Shown one piece after another: positions 40,849 to 50,782 of a stretch of DNA of 64,000 nt. Position 1 is the stretch's first letter; each line of letters begins with the position of its first letter. Under the pieces are notes generated by a model. That model saw only the letters and a program-made list of their open reading frames with translations, was not told where the DNA came from and did no database searches. Source of the stretch: an uncultured delta proteobacterium (GTDB lineage: Bacteria; Desulfobacterota; Syntrophobacteria; Syntrophobacterales; Syntrophobacteraceae); the NCBI GenBank assembly GCA_963781715.1, contig CAWAGW010000022.1, forward strand, positions 50,095-114,094, given 5' to 3'. The position numbers and the translations under genes are program-made.

Positions 40849-41295
40849 ATGTCAGCCAGCCGCAGTTACTTTGTTGTCATCATCGGATGCGGTCGCATGG
40901 GTTCTTACCTCGCCAACCGGCTCAGTCGCGAGGGTCACAGCCTGGTCGTAGTCGATATAGACTCGGCGACCTTTGAGGCTCTTTCGGCGGAATTCAGCGG
41001 TTTCCAAGTAGAGGGAGATGCCACGGAATTCGCCGTCCTCAAACAGGCCAAGGTAGATAAGGCCGATCTGGTAATTGCCGCGACCGAAGAAGACAACGTC
41101 AATCTGATGGTCGCTCAAATCGCCAAAAAGATCTTCAATGTCTCCCGGGTGATGGCCAGAGTCTTCGACCCCAAGCGGGCAGAGGTCTATCGGGATTTCG
41201 GAATTCAGGGCATCTGTCCCACTGTAATGGCAGGAGATGCTTTACTTGACCTATTTCAGCATATACCAATTAATGCAGGCGGGGATCAGCGATAA
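40849..41295 (+). CDS. trkA: TrkA-N (RCK_N only) potassium transport regulatory subunit
   Basis: IIGCGRMG, GDAT, ATEEDNVN. Confidence 0.88.
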   Translation: MSASRSYFVVIIGCGRMGSYLANRLSREGHSLVVVDIDSATFEALSAEFSGFQVEGDATEFAVLKQAKVDKADLVIAATEEDNVNLMVAQIAKKIFNVSRVMARVFDPKRAEVYRDFGIQGICPTVMAGDALLDLFQHIPINAGGDQR

Positions 41296-41957
41296 TGCAC
41301 ATTTTGATCGTGGCGGGCGAGAAGCTCGGCTACTTCCTTGCAAGGACCTTCGTATCCAAGGGCCACAAAGTGACCATCATCAATCGCAATCGGCAGCAAT
41401 GCAGCCGGTTGGCCCGCCGGCTCAAGGCGACGATCGTCTACGGTGATGGAAGCGACGTGCAGATTATGCAGGAGGCGGGAGCCGGCAGTGCGGATGCAGT
41501 GCTGGCCGCCACCGTGAATGATCAGGATAACTTGATCATCTGCCAGTTGGCTTCCTTCCGTTTTCACGCGCCGCGAACCCTGGCACTGGTGAATGATCCG
41601 GATAACGAGGAGATATTTCGTCAGCTTGACATTACAACTGCGCTCTCGACCACCCGCCTCATCGCGGGCCTGATCGAACAAAAGACCAGCTTTGATGAGA
41701 TCATCAATCTGTTTCCCATCGGCGCGGGCAAGTTGAATGTAACGGAAGTCGCTCTCACGGAGACATCACCGGTGGTGGGACGAACGCTGCGAGATATCGC
41801 CCTTCCCGAAAATTCTCTCATTGCCAGCATCATGCGTGGAGGTGAACCGATCGTGCCGCGGGGGCCTACTACCTTATTAGCCGGAGATCGCCTTATTCTC
41901 ATTACTCTGCCCGAAAATTACGGTCCGGTTCTGCGGGAACTTACCGGTGAAAAATAG
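41295..41957 (+). CDS. trkA: TrkA-family subunit (RCK_N + RCK_C)
   Basis: GDGSD, DQDNL, SPVVGRTLRDI..PRG. Confidence 0.88.
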   Translation: MHILIVAGEKLGYFLARTFVSKGHKVTIINRNRQQCSRLARRLKATIVYGDGSDVQIMQEAGAGSADAVLAATVNDQDNLIICQLASFRFHAPRTLALVNDPDNEEIFRQLDITTALSTTRLIAGLIEQKTSFDEIINLFPIGAGKLNVTEVALTETSPVVGRTLRDIALPENSLIASIMRGGEPIVPRGPTTLLAGDRLILITLPENYGPVLRELTGEK

Positions 41958-43459
41958 TGAGGAGACGGCTGTTGCGCGCTGATCTTGCCCTGCAGAAGCG
42001 TTATGGAGCAATTCTTTCCTACACCGGTGTGATCATATTGATGAGCGCCATACTGCTGCTCACCCCACTTATCGCTCTCATTTTTTGGCCTTATGAGTGG
42101 CCGCAGGGGCTGTCGGGATTTATAATCCCAGCGGTTTGCGCGGCAATTTTCGGCGCAGGTCTGTGGAGAGGCTTCCGACCGCACAGCCTGATCATTCTAA
42201 CGGTGCAGGAAGGCGGCGTCATCGTTCTGCTCAGTTGGGTCCTGGTATGTGTCCTTTCCGCGTGGCCCCTCATGGTGGTGCAGAAACTCAATTTTACCCA
42301 AGCCATATTCGAGTCTGTCAGCGGTTGGACCACTACGGGACTTTCCGTAGTGGACGTGACCCATGCAACCCATTTGATTTTACTTTGGCGCAGCATCATG
42401 CAACTGGCGGGTGGGGCCGGCCTGGCCATTATCATGATTGCAGCCATCACCGGCCCGGTCGGCCCGGGATTGTCGGCGGCGGAGGGCCGGAGCGAGCAGC
42501 TCGTCCCGCAGGTGGCAAAATCAGCCAAATTGGTGATGATCATTTATAGCGGCTACGCGGTGGTTGGAGTTCTTGCCTACTGGCTGGCCGGCATGAACTT
42601 ATTCGATTCGGTGAATCACGCCTTTCCGGCTATTTCCACCGGAGGCTTCTCAAATCACCCCGAAAGCATAGGCTACTTCAATTCGGTTGCCATCGAAGTC
42701 GTCTCCCTCCCACTGATGATCATGGGGAACCTCAATTTTCTGACCGCTTACCTGTTGTTAAGAGGAGATTTCAAGGCGTTTTCGCGCAACGGGGAGGTGA
42801 GGCTTTTTGCCGTTTTGGTACCGGTTGCCGTTCTCATTCTGTTGTTGTTTGTCTGCAGAGAGGTCTATCCCGCTCTGGGAAAAAGTCTGCGCGTCGCTGC
42901 CTTCGAATCCATCTCGGCGCTGACCACGACCGGCTTTTCCACTGTCACCTACAATAAGTGGAACGGCTTAGGAGTCCTGATCTTGACCGTTTTGATGCTG
43001 ATCGGCGGTGGGACCTGCTCGACCGCAGGCGGCATAAAACAGTACCGCGTGTATCTTCTCTACAAGTCGCTGGTGTGGGAATTGCGGCGCCCTTTTTTGC
43101 CGCGCACCGCGGTAAGAGAGAACTATGTATGGAAAGGGGATCAAAAAGATTTTGTTTACGACGGGAGAATCAAGCAGGTTGCTACCTTCGTTTTCCTTTA
43201 CCTCAGCACCTATGCGATTGGTTCCGGAATTCTCGCCGGCCAGGGCTACGGGCTGAGAGAATCGCTGTTTGAATTCTCTTCGGCGGTGGGAACGGTTGGG
43301 CTCTCGATCGGGATAACCAGCGCTTCGGCGCCCCCGCTGGTGCTCTGGACGGAGACTCTGGGAATGTTCCTCGGCAGGTTGGAGTTTTTCGTCATTTTCA
43401 TTGCCCTTGGGAAAATAGCCGGCGATTCGATAACCATGCTGCACTGCAGGAAGGGGTAG
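41957..43459 (+). CDS. trkH: TrkH-family K+ uptake membrane protein
   Basis: Selectivity loops WTTTG, ISTGG, LTTTG, VGTVG; STAGGIK; LGRLE. Confidence 0.95.
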   Translation: MRRRLLRADLALQKRYGAILSYTGVIILMSAILLLTPLIALIFWPYEWPQGLSGFIIPAVCAAIFGAGLWRGFRPHSLIILTVQEGGVIVLLSWVLVCVLSAWPLMVVQKLNFTQAIFESVSGWTTTGLSVVDVTHATHLILLWRSIMQLAGGAGLAIIMIAAITGPVGPGLSAAEGRSEQLVPQVAKSAKLVMIIYSGYAVVGVLAYWLAGMNLFDSVNHAFPAISTGGFSNHPESIGYFNSVAIEVVSLPLMIMGNLNFLTAYLLLRGDFKAFSRNGEVRLFAVLVPVAVLILLLFVCREVYPALGKSLRVAAFESISALTTTGFSTVTYNKWNGLGVLILTVLMLIGGGTCSTAGGIKQYRVYLLYKSLVWELRRPFLPRTAVRENYVWKGDQKDFVYDGRIKQVATFVFLYLSTYAIGSGILAGQGYGLRESLFEFSSAVGTVGLSIGITSASAPPLVLWTETLGMFLGRLEFFVIFIALGKIAGDSITMLHCRKG

Positions 43460-43663
43460 CGGACCAGATATTTTCTGATAGAATTTTATACGTGCTTTGA
43501 ATGAAATCCTTCATTTTCTATTAACCGCAGAGGACGCCGAAAACACAGAGAAGGCTGATAGATGAGAGCATCTGCGTGCTTCGGAAACTCTGCGGTGAAA
43601 ACGATGCATTTCAAACTTGAAAAATGCAGTTTGAATGACAATAGCTTTGAGTTAGGTTTGAAA

Positions 43664-44209
43664 ATGAATTTTTGCAGCAACTGCGGCGCTCGGGTAACAT
43701 TGCGCATCCCGCCGGAAGACGACCGACCGCGTTTTGTCTGTGACCGCTGCGGCACCATTCATTACGAAAATCCCAAAATGGTCGTCGGCTGTATACCGGA
43801 AAAGGACGGCGAAATTTTGCTCTGCCGTCGGGCTATCCAGCCGGGATACGGCAAATGGACTTTGCCCGCGGGCTACATGGAAAACAATGAGACCGTTCAT
43901 GAAGGCACCAAGCGGGAAGTATTGGAAGAAGCCGGTGCTACTATTCAGAGGTTGGTGCCCTTTGCGATTTTGAACCTATCCTTCATCAGCCAGGTTTATC
44001 TGATGTTTCGGGCTCGCTTGTTGGAAACCAATTTCACTTCCGGAGGTGAAAGCCTGGAGATCGGGTTATTCGACGAAGAACACATTCCTTGGGACCAACT
44101 CGCATTTCCCGTAATCCACGAAACGCTGAGACTTTATTTTGCAGACCTGCGGCAGGGTGCTTTTGCTTTTCACGTGCGGGACCTGCTTCCTGACGGCCGG
44201 GTTCGTTGA
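43664..44209 (+). CDS. Zinc-ribbon NUDIX hydrolase
   Basis: FCSNCG..CDRCG..YENP; LPAGYMENNETVHEGTKREVLEE. Confidence 0.92.
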   Translation: MNFCSNCGARVTLRIPPEDDRPRFVCDRCGTIHYENPKMVVGCIPEKDGEILLCRRAIQPGYGKWTLPAGYMENNETVHEGTKREVLEEAGATIQRLVPFAILNLSFISQVYLMFRARLLETNFTSGGESLEIGLFDEEHIPWDQLAFPVIHETLRLYFADLRQGAFAFHVRDLLPDGRVR

Positions 44210-44431
44210 TTGCTGCAGCATTTTTTCGGCATGAAGATAGTGAAAACACAAAAGTGATATTAACCACGAAGGACACGAGGAGTTTTCCTGGCTAACCTAT
44301 CCTTTTGGCTTCGCGACCTTTGTGTTTTTCGTGGTTCAATGTTTATATTCGCCAAGATTCTAAAATATCGTTTTTTGCGTCATACGATAGATGATTCTGG
44401 TGAAAGGAAACATTTCAATCCTTCCGAGTTG

Positions 44432-44974
44432 TCATATTTGATTCTGCACTTTGGGTGATCTTGATGTGAGGTCCTCAAGGCTCTTCAGCACCACTTCAGT
44501 CTTGAAAGAAGAGGGAAGGGCTTTGCCATGACTGCGCAGTGAAGCGTTAGCCTTTTGGGCCAGTCTTAACGCCGCATCGGTGTGCCCGTATTGCATGTGA
44601 ACATGGGCGGCAACCGCTTTTATTATTCCCTTGATGGCTTGCTGGACTTCCGCGGACTCTTCCTTCCAGAAAACTTCCAGCCGTTCGTGCACTTCGAAAA
44701 GCAGCCCTTTGTCCCAAAGCGCCATTGCCTGAGCGAACGGATCCTCAATCCGATTCTTCTGGATCTCGGAAAAAACTTCCTGATACTTTTCGGTACGTTT
44801 CTCGATGTAATTTCGATAAGGCGGGGCCAAATCCAGTTTCATATATGCCGCTGACACGTCTTCGAAGGGGGCCGTGTCAGCCTCTTGGAGCGCACGCACA
44901 AAAGCGGATGAAAGCTCGTTTCGGATGTCTCGAGCCAATCGATTGGCAAATGGATCGAATTCATTGCTTTTCAA
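44432..44974 (-). CDS. DUF309 domain protein
   Basis: FEVHERLEVFW..KGIIK.VAAHVH. Confidence 0.75.
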   Translation of the reverse strand: MKSNEFDPFANRLARDIRNELSSAFVRALQEADTAPFEDVSAAYMKLDLAPPYRNYIEKRTEKYQEVFSEIQKNRIEDPFAQAMALWDKGLLFEVHERLEVFWKEESAEVQQAIKGIIKAVAAHVHMQYGHTDAALRLAQKANASLRSHGKALPSSFKTEVVLKSLEDLTSRSPKVQNQI

Positions 44975-45174
44975 ATCTGAAACCTCTGAGCTGTTCCCAT
45001 GTCTTATAAACTATAGCAGCTAAAGCCGAGAAACTGAAAACAATCGTTTCCTCGCGACACCTCCGCTCCTGGCCTGAATCAGAAACCCGGGAGCTTGGTC
45101 TCCGAGACCAAATGGATACGGCACCTGCCTCTTCAAGCCAAGATAATCTTTTCAGTGAACATTCTGGAAATTTC

Positions 45175-45204
45175 TTGACGGGATGATTCAGTTCGCTGTA
45201 GGGT
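45175..45204 (+). promoter_or_regulatory. Candidate sigma70 promoter for the riboswitch leader
   Basis: TTGACG-N18-TAGGGT just upstream of the aptamer. Confidence 0.45.
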
Positions 45205-45219
45205 GGAGGAAAGTGAAGT

Positions 45220-45300
45220 ATGAAAGGGCAAAACCGCCTAAAGGCGGTGACGCAAAGCCAACGGTCTAAAGCCGCAAGGTTATGATAGCGTGGCTGCCAA
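45220..45300 (+). ncRNA. c-di-GMP-I (GEMM) riboswitch aptamer
   Basis: GGGCAAA-ACCGCC-TAAA-GGCGGT-GACGCAAAGCC..GGTCTAA..ATGATAGC..GGCTGCC. Confidence 0.9.
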
Positions 45301-45318
45301 ATGCTGCTCCTGAAATTA

Positions 45319-45355
45319 AGCGCCTTTGGGGAGTTTTGCCTAAGGGCGTTTTTTT
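45319..45355 (+). terminator. Riboswitch expression-platform terminator
   Basis: GCGCCTTTGGG..CCTAAGGGCGT followed by a T-tract. Confidence 0.85.
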
Positions 45356-45714
45356 GTTGATCGAGATACCGTTGACCGCATAGTAGAATAGATTCAAGGG
45401 CACATTAATCCAGCATAGTTGATCCCCAATCATGGGAAGTACTGAGGAGACCCTCTTACAGACTTTGGTCTATTGTATGGCTGATAACACTGCCCAGTAG
45501 CCGCTCATAACCGAAGATTGCTCCGCAAATAGTGCTCTTGCCGGTCGTGGACATAGATCTGCTCTTCCGGTCACATCCGTTTGGCAAAGGAGGCATCGAA
45601 GAACACCAGCAGGAGACGTTCATCCGCGCCTCCTGGTCAATTCATGCGTCATGAACAGTCCGGATCGATTTCTAATGTCATTTTGAGGAGTATTTGCTCA
45701 GGAGATGAAAAGCG

Positions 45715-46725
45715 ATGGAAAACACTATCATTAAAGTGCAAGGCCTGGCCGTTTCCGTCCTATTGGCCTTGACATTAGTTGGTTGTGCCACGCCCCGAAC
45801 CGCTCCTCCTGTGGCCGCAAAACCGGACAAGGGAGAGCCGAAGCCGAGAGTGGAATCCGTTACTGTCGACGCACTGAACCTGAGGGGGCGACCATCCACC
45901 CACAGTGAAATCATCGGTGTACTGACCAAGGATGACTCGGTAAACATCCTTGGCGCAGTGGTTACCTGGGTCAAGGTGGTTTCTGCGGATGGGAAAGAAG
46001 GGTATGTTTATGCTCCCAGCTATTTGACCGGTTTTGCCAAGAACAGACAGGTTGGCAAAAAGAACACGAAGCATAAGTCCACCGGGAAGGCAGGCGGCAG
46101 CGAAGCAAAAACGGACGAATCTCAGCACATATCTCTGATTCCCTTGCCCGAAAATGAGGAGACAAGCACAACTGGGGCGAGCAATCTCCAGTCGTCGCCA
46201 AAATCCAGCCAAGAGGTCGATAAAGAAGAGCCTGCGATGAAATCGATTCCTTCTACAAAGAAGACTTCACACATGGCAGTGAGGCCAACCGAAAAAGCAT
46301 CACCTAAACAACAAAACGTTGGTGCATCGGAGGAGAACCTTCAGAAAGGAACCCCTCGAACCGGTGCTTCGGTACCCTCACCCGAGCAAAGAGTGGCAAC
46401 AAATACAATTAAAAATCAGCCCTCCGTGCCGGTTCCAGCCCAGCAACAGAGGGATGAGCATACAGCCGCGCTTACAGCAGAAACAGGTGACATCAACACC
46501 GGCAAAAGTCAAACTGCGAAATTACTCGTAGTTAAGCCCACAACCAAAGGTGAGCTGACAGCCATCCTTTCAGCTCCGGATAAGAAAGCACAGATCCTCA
46601 CCCAAGTCCGCCCCGGCAAACAGCTGAGAAATTATGGCAAAAAGGGTGCATGGTATAAGACTTGGGTCGACGGTCAGGTAGGCTATGTTAATCAGGATTC
46701 GGTAGAACAAAAGGATTTGCAGTAA
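45715..46725 (+). CDS. Lipoprotein with N- and C-terminal SH3b-like domains and a low-complexity linker
   Basis: Lipobox LVGC; LNLRGRPS..WVKV..GYV; GAWYKT..GYV. Confidence 0.8.
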   Translation: MENTIIKVQGLAVSVLLALTLVGCATPRTAPPVAAKPDKGEPKPRVESVTVDALNLRGRPSTHSEIIGVLTKDDSVNILGAVVTWVKVVSADGKEGYVYAPSYLTGFAKNRQVGKKNTKHKSTGKAGGSEAKTDESQHISLIPLPENEETSTTGASNLQSSPKSSQEVDKEEPAMKSIPSTKKTSHMAVRPTEKASPKQQNVGASEENLQKGTPRTGASVPSPEQRVATNTIKNQPSVPVPAQQQRDEHTAALTAETGDINTGKSQTAKLLVVKPTTKGELTAILSAPDKKAQILTQVRPGKQLRNYGKKGAWYKTWVDGQVGYVNQDSVEQKDLQ

Positions 46726-46810
46726 AGAGCCGTTGATTGAATAAAGCCAACCTCCGGCTCCAAGAGGGTGAAACGCCCGATTCGTTGGCGAAGACCCTGC
46801 GCTCAATTTC

Positions 46811-47515
46811 CTATACGTCCAGCCCCGCACCATTCTTTCGGAGCCAATCCTTCCGCTCGCGGTAGTCGGGCATCACCTTGTCAACTTCATTCCAGAACGT
46901 CTCGGTGTGGTCGCCGTGGTAGAAGTGGCAAAGCTCGTGTACGACAATGTAATCAATGATGGTTTGGGGAGCCATCATACACTTCCAGTTAAAGGCGAGC
47001 CTCCCGCTGGGCGGGCACGAGGCCCAGCGATGACCGAGCTCGCGAACACCTACGCAGGTCGGCACGACTCCAACCTTCGGGGCGAAATAGGCAACGCGCT
47101 TCGGAATACGGTCCAGCCCGCGTTCCGTGTAGTAGTCCTTGAAGGCAGTCTTTGCGGCCCCAACCCCATCCTGCTCCACGAGGTCACGGCGAAGCATAAA
47201 GCGGCCGCCCTTAAGCTGCAGCGGCTTATCTTGGTCAGCAACAAGGAGCAGCCGATAGGCTCGACCAAGATACAGGAACGCCTCGCCATTTTTGTATTCG
47301 CGAAGGACCCGTGTGCCGTTTAAGTCGAGCCACTCGGCGAGGCGTTGATAGATCCAGTAGCGTTTGGCTTCGACGATGCTCTCGATCTGCTCGTCGTCGG
47401 CCCACTCAGGAGCGCGGACGAGCACGCCGCCGTCGCGGTCGATGATGATGTCTGCCGTCGCACGCCGGCTTCTAACTACTTTGTAGGAGATGGGAGCATC
47501 TTGCGTACGCTTCAC
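46811..47515 (-). CDS. M48/YgjP (DUF45) metallohydrolase of the type I R-M locus
   Basis: RWASC, IDYIVVHELCH..H..FW; 4-nt overlap with hsdR. Confidence 0.92.
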   Translation of the reverse strand: MKRTQDAPISYKVVRSRRATADIIIDRDGGVLVRAPEWADDEQIESIVEAKRYWIYQRLAEWLDLNGTRVLREYKNGEAFLYLGRAYRLLLVADQDKPLQLKGGRFMLRRDLVEQDGVGAAKTAFKDYYTERGLDRIPKRVAYFAPKVGVVPTCVGVRELGHRWASCPPSGRLAFNWKCMMAPQTIIDYIVVHELCHFYHGDHTETFWNEVDKVMPDYRERKDWLRKNGAGLDV

Positions 47516-50500
47516 CTAACCAGCTCCTCGTGGCGTTTTTCAGCGAGCTTTACGATCTCCACCGCGATGCGCTCGTGCTTGGCTTTCAGCGCCGGGATAT
47601 TTGCGAGCAGGATCTCGGTGTCGATGTTGCCCCGGAGTTTCTTGACTTCGATGGGCTTCTTCCAGAAATCGAGCACACCGATGGTCTCCTGCAGAATATC
47701 CACAATGCGCAGCATCAGCTTTTTCAGAGGCTCTATGGCCTCGGGCGGGACTTCGCCCCCGTCGTAGGCGAGCAGCAGTACGTAATCATAAAAAGTGGAG
47801 GCCTCCCGGGTAAGACCAGGGACCGCTTCTTTTCTGCCCTCAAAAGCCTCCCTGCGGAGCTGCTCGTAGCCCTTGGCCAAAACCGTCCAGTTGTTGCGGT
47901 GCTCCTCGATGAGTCTCTCCAGCTTTTCGCTCAACCGCGTATAGAAAGCCGGGTCCTCATCGAAGTGAACGGTGCAGTGCTTGCGGATGGCATGCTCCAT
48001 CTCGCTGGCTTTGGCTTCGGGGTTGCCCATGGAGTGTTTTTGCACATGTGCCAGAAAATCATCGGACAGCAGCTCCACCGGAGGGATCTTCGGGTCGATA
48101 CCCAAGTCGATGAGATGTTCGTTGATGAGCGCTTTCACTTTTGCACCCGCATCGGAGATATCGAGCGAATCGTCCTTGTAACGCTCTTTGACCATCCGCA
48201 GCAAATAGCCGAAGCGCCGTGCCGGACCCCGGTAGGGATTGCCGGCGGGGTGCGGCAGGATGAGGTTCAGGCTCTGCAGGAACTTCTTCAAATAGACTTC
48301 AAAATCGGCGCGCACCTTGATGTCCTTGAGTGCTCCGACGGCCGCGTGAATGAGCGCAACTTCGGCCTTAGGACTCGATAGGGCACCCTTGATAAAACCT
48401 TCAATGTCCGTCACGCCCAGCGAGCGGAAATGTTGGAGCAGGCGCTGATATCGCTCATCGAGGATGGGCGCCTCGCTGAGTATGTTTTTCAGGCCCTCGC
48501 GGATGTCCTGCGCATCTTCCGCGGCGTAGATGGAGAGCGCAAAGGTCAGGTTGTTCGCCAGGCCGATGTAGTCGACAATGAAGCCACGGTGTTTGTTCCC
48601 GGCCACGCGGTTGACGCGTGCGATGGCCTGCAGCAGATTGTGCTCCCGCAGCTTCTTGTCAATATACATCACCTGCTCGATGGGAGCATCGAAGCCGGTG
48701 AGCAGCATATCGCAAACGATGAGGAACGCGATCCCCGTGAGAGCCTTGTCCGGGTCGTCCAGGTCAAATGGTCGGCAGAAGTTCTCGACCGCGTTCCAGC
48801 GCCTGGCCTCTTTGCGCGCTTCGGTGATGGCGGCCGGCTCGTTGGTGGGATCCGATGAAACGACCACCACGGCTTTCAGAAATTCGACGCGTCGAATCAG
48901 GTCAACGTCCGGCCTGGCCTTCAGCCTTTCGCGGTCGATACGATCGCGCAGCGCGCTGCGGATGGCCTCCCGGTAGCGAATGGCGGCGAGCTTCGAGTGG
49001 CACACCACCTGGGCTTTGAAGCCGTCCGGAAGGATGTTGTCGATGTAGTGGTCGACCAGATCCTTTGCGATGGATTCGATGCGCTTTTCCGCCTCCATGA
49101 TGTCGCCGGTGGCGCCGTACTTCTTCTTAATGGCGAGAATTTCCTCCTCGCTGCGCTCCTTAAAAAGGTCCTCGAACTTGGTGTCAAAGCCGTGCTTGTC
49201 TTTCAGAGCGGTGTCAGCCGTGCGGCCTTCGTAGAGAATCTGCAGCGTGGTACCGTCCTTTACGGCGTCCATGAGCTTGTAGGTATCGATGTACTCGCCG
49301 AAGCGCTTCACCGTGCGTCTGCTCCCGTGCTGTTCGGTGACGAGCGGGGTTCCGGTGAAGGCGATGCGGGTAGCGTTGGGAAAGGCCTCGAAGAGGTTAT
49401 CCCCGAGCTCCGAGCTCTGGGTCCGGTGGGCTTCGTCGATCATGAGCAGGATGCGCTCGGACGTGTTCACCACTCCAAAAGTCCCGCTCGGCGGCAGTTT
49501 CCCGTAGGCCGCAAGGGTTTCGGCGACCATATCCGGCAACGCCTCCTCCCGCTCGGAGAACTTGTGCACCATCACCATGTTGATGTCCAAAGCGCCGGTG
49601 GCGAGGTGCTCCCGGAGCTTCGTGGTGCTTTCTATGATGTTGACTTTGCCGCCGATGAGTTTGGCTGTGCGCGCGAGCTGCTGTTCCAGATCGATGCGGT
49701 CGTTCACCAGCAGGATCTTGAAATCTATGAGATCGGGAGCGGCCCGCAGCATTCGTGCGACGAAAACCATGGTCAGCGACTTGCCCGATCCCTGGGTGTG
49801 CCAGATGACACCGGAGCGAGCCTCATGGCTTTTCCCGGTGCGTATCCGCTCTATGATCCTTCGCGCCGCGCGGTACTGCTGGTAGCGGCACACCACCTTG
49901 ATGTGCCGGCCTTCGTCCGTATCCATGAACACGGTGCAGGTGCGCAGAACATCGAGCAAAGCGGCCGGCGCCAGGAGTCCCTGGATGAGCTTTTCCTGCT
50001 CCCGCTCGATGCCCAGCGGCGGGCTATAATTGCGGGTGCTCTCCGGCCAGATGTCCTGCCAGGCGTAAAAATGCTCATGCCCGGAGGTGACAGTGCCGAA
50101 TTCGGCCCTCTCGCCGCAAGTTCGCACCAGCAAAAGGTTGGAGTAGAAAAGGCGCGGCTCCCCCTCGCGGAGCCCGGCTTTGACGGTCTCCGGCCGGGCG
50201 TTCCAATAGCGCAGAAGCTGCTCGTAGGCAGCATGCATCGGGTTAGCTGTGTTGGGATCGCCGATTTTGGCCTCCACCACCACCAGTGGAATGCCGTTCA
50301 CAAACAGGACAATGTCCGGAATGATGCAGCTCTTGACGCATCCCGGCGTGTCGATGCGAAACTGGTTGATGGCATGGAACCGGTTGTGGAAAGGTTGAGC
50401 AAAATCGATGAGCTTCACGACCGGGTCCAGCTCGCCGGTGACCTCGTTGACATCCACCTGGGCCTTGAGGAACAGGCTCTGGACAGCCTCATTGGCTTCA

Positions 50501-50769
50501 AGCAGGGTGCGGTTGGGCTGCCGAAGGATCTGGTCGTGTAGATCGTCAAGCTGCCGGTCGGTGAGCCAAGGCTGACCATCGGAAGTGAGATTGATGGACC
50601 GCACCGCATCGCGGAAAACCTCGGGCAAAATCCACTCGCGAAAGCCGGTGCGCAGGCTATCGTTCGGGTGGGTCGGGATGAATCCCTGCCCTTGGTCGAT
50701 GACCTCCCAACCGAGCGAATCGAGTTGATCCAGAAATGGCTTTTCGACGTGCAGGTACTCAGACATCAT
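47512..50769 (-). CDS. hsdR: Type I restriction endonuclease subunit R
   Basis: PDIVLFVNGIPLVVVEAK, WHTQGSGKS, IDEAHR, FTGTP, MLLTGFD, LLQAIARVNR. Confidence 0.96.
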   Translation of the reverse strand: MMSEYLHVEKPFLDQLDSLGWEVIDQGQGFIPTHPNDSLRTGFREWILPEVFRDAVRSINLTSDGQPWLTDRQLDDLHDQILRQPNRTLLEANEAVQSLFLKAQVDVNEVTGELDPVVKLIDFAQPFHNRFHAINQFRIDTPGCVKSCIIPDIVLFVNGIPLVVVEAKIGDPNTANPMHAAYEQLLRYWNARPETVKAGLREGEPRLFYSNLLLVRTCGERAEFGTVTSGHEHFYAWQDIWPESTRNYSPPLGIEREQEKLIQGLLAPAALLDVLRTCTVFMDTDEGRHIKVVCRYQQYRAARRIIERIRTGKSHEARSGVIWHTQGSGKSLTMVFVARMLRAAPDLIDFKILLVNDRIDLEQQLARTAKLIGGKVNIIESTTKLREHLATGALDINMVMVHKFSEREEALPDMVAETLAAYGKLPPSGTFGVVNTSERILLMIDEAHRTQSSELGDNLFEAFPNATRIAFTGTPLVTEQHGSRRTVKRFGEYIDTYKLMDAVKDGTTLQILYEGRTADTALKDKHGFDTKFEDLFKERSEEEILAIKKKYGATGDIMEAEKRIESIAKDLVDHYIDNILPDGFKAQVVCHSKLAAIRYREAIRSALRDRIDRERLKARPDVDLIRRVEFLKAVVVVSSDPTNEPAAITEARKEARRWNAVENFCRPFDLDDPDKALTGIAFLIVCDMLLTGFDAPIEQVMYIDKKLREHNLLQAIARVNRVAGNKHRGFIVDYIGLANNLTFALSIYAAEDAQDIREGLKNILSEAPILDERYQRLLQHFRSLGVTDIEGFIKGALSSPKAEVALIHAAVGALKDIKVRADFEVYLKKFLQSLNLILPHPAGNPYRGPARRFGYLLRMVKERYKDDSLDISDAGAKVKALINEHLIDLGIDPKIPPVELLSDDFLAHVQKHSMGNPEAKASEMEHAIRKHCTVHFDEDPAFYTRLSEKLERLIEEHRNNWTVLAKGYEQLRREAFEGRKEAVPGLTREASTFYDYVLLLAYDGGEVPPEAIEPLKKLMLRIVDILQETIGVLDFWKKPIEVKKLRGNIDTEILLANIPALKAKHERIAVEIVKLAEKRHEELVR

Positions 50770-50782
50770 CCACCCTCCGGGC

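Noticed and set aside
45432-45500. 22-aa ORF between the riboswitch terminator and the SH3 lipoprotein
   Set aside because: No RBS and no informative composition
50253-50264. 12-nt match to the REP 5' end (TGGGATCGCCGA) inside hsdR
   Set aside because: It lacks the hairpin half and lies beside the nuclease motif (EAKIGDP); chance cannot be excluded, so it was not counted as a REP
48997-50541. 514-aa plus-strand ORF (also 53488-55020, 510 aa)
   Set aside because: Antisense shadows of the GC-rich hsdR and hsdM genes; no recognisable motifs
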